From positions 1 through 24,100 of IMG/VR virus record IMGVR_UViG_3300026085_000011: DNA of 24,100 nt; one strand, given 5' to 3'. The stretch is from a virus. Taxonomy: Duplodnaviria; Caudoviricetes. Position 1 is the first letter of the stretch. Each line of letters starts with the position of its first letter. Both the position numbers and the translations under genes were made by a program. This document shows, piece after piece, positions 23,984 through 24,100 of the stretch. Below the pieces are notes generated by a model. The model saw only the letters and a list, made by a program, of their open reading frames with translations, was not told the origin of the DNA and searched no databases.

Positions 23984-24100
23984 TTAACCACGCCTACGTG
24001 TTTTAACTCGAGGATACATCAATCCACTTGTAGGACGAGTGTTTACGTCTTTGTTGTATGTGTTGAACGCCATATTACCTGATGTCGCTCTGTGATTCTT
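23984..24100 (-). CDS. C-terminal end of a gene extending beyond the right edge
   Basis: Open frame ...KNHRATSGNMAFNTYNKDVNTRPTSGLMYPRVKTRRRG-stop (TAA 23986-23984). Confidence 0.55.
   Translation of the reverse strand, partial: KNHRATSGNMAFNTYNKDVNTRPTSGLMYPRVKTRRRG

Noticed and set aside
1-24100. tRNA, rRNA, introns, inteins, homing endonucleases, preQ1 riboswitch or stop-codon reassignment
   Set aside because: Intergenic gaps are short and genes are full length under the standard code. No cloverleaf, intein or riboswitch pattern was recognised by eye; an Infernal/tRNAscan run would be needed to exclude them formally.

Overview
This window is an AT-rich, densely packed segment of a large T4-like (distant Tevenvirinae/marine myovirus-type) dsDNA phage genome, almost entirely on the minus strand. 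In transcription order (right to left) it has three parts. (i) A late block (about 17.2-22.3 kb) of probable head-internal proteins with capsid-targeting-like N-termini, including a nucleotidyltransferase and a 5'-nucleotidase. (ii) A replication block: DsbA-like dsDNA-binding protein, two tandem 3-TM membrane paralogues, a HAD phosphatase, family B DNA polymerase and a sliding clamp. (iii) Directly behind the clamp, an extended 7-deazaguanine DNA-modification locus: DpdA/TGT-like transglycosylase, QueD-paralogue with LxxxHRHxF (DpdL-like), GT-B glycosyltransferase, 2OG-Fe(II) oxygenase, cupin, phosphoribosyltransferase, ClpP, MBD4-like glycosylase, HIT hydrolase, FolE and an atypical QueE, followed by T4-type RNase H. 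The most notable observations are a possible glycosylated/hypermodified deazaguanine pathway with no QueC or canonical QueD in the window, a DpdA C-terminus resembling the polymerase clamp-binding tail, the apparent absence of CATG and AGCT, and a duplicated operator-like hairpin ahead of the polymerase RBS. All family calls come from motif recognition by eye; no searches were run.
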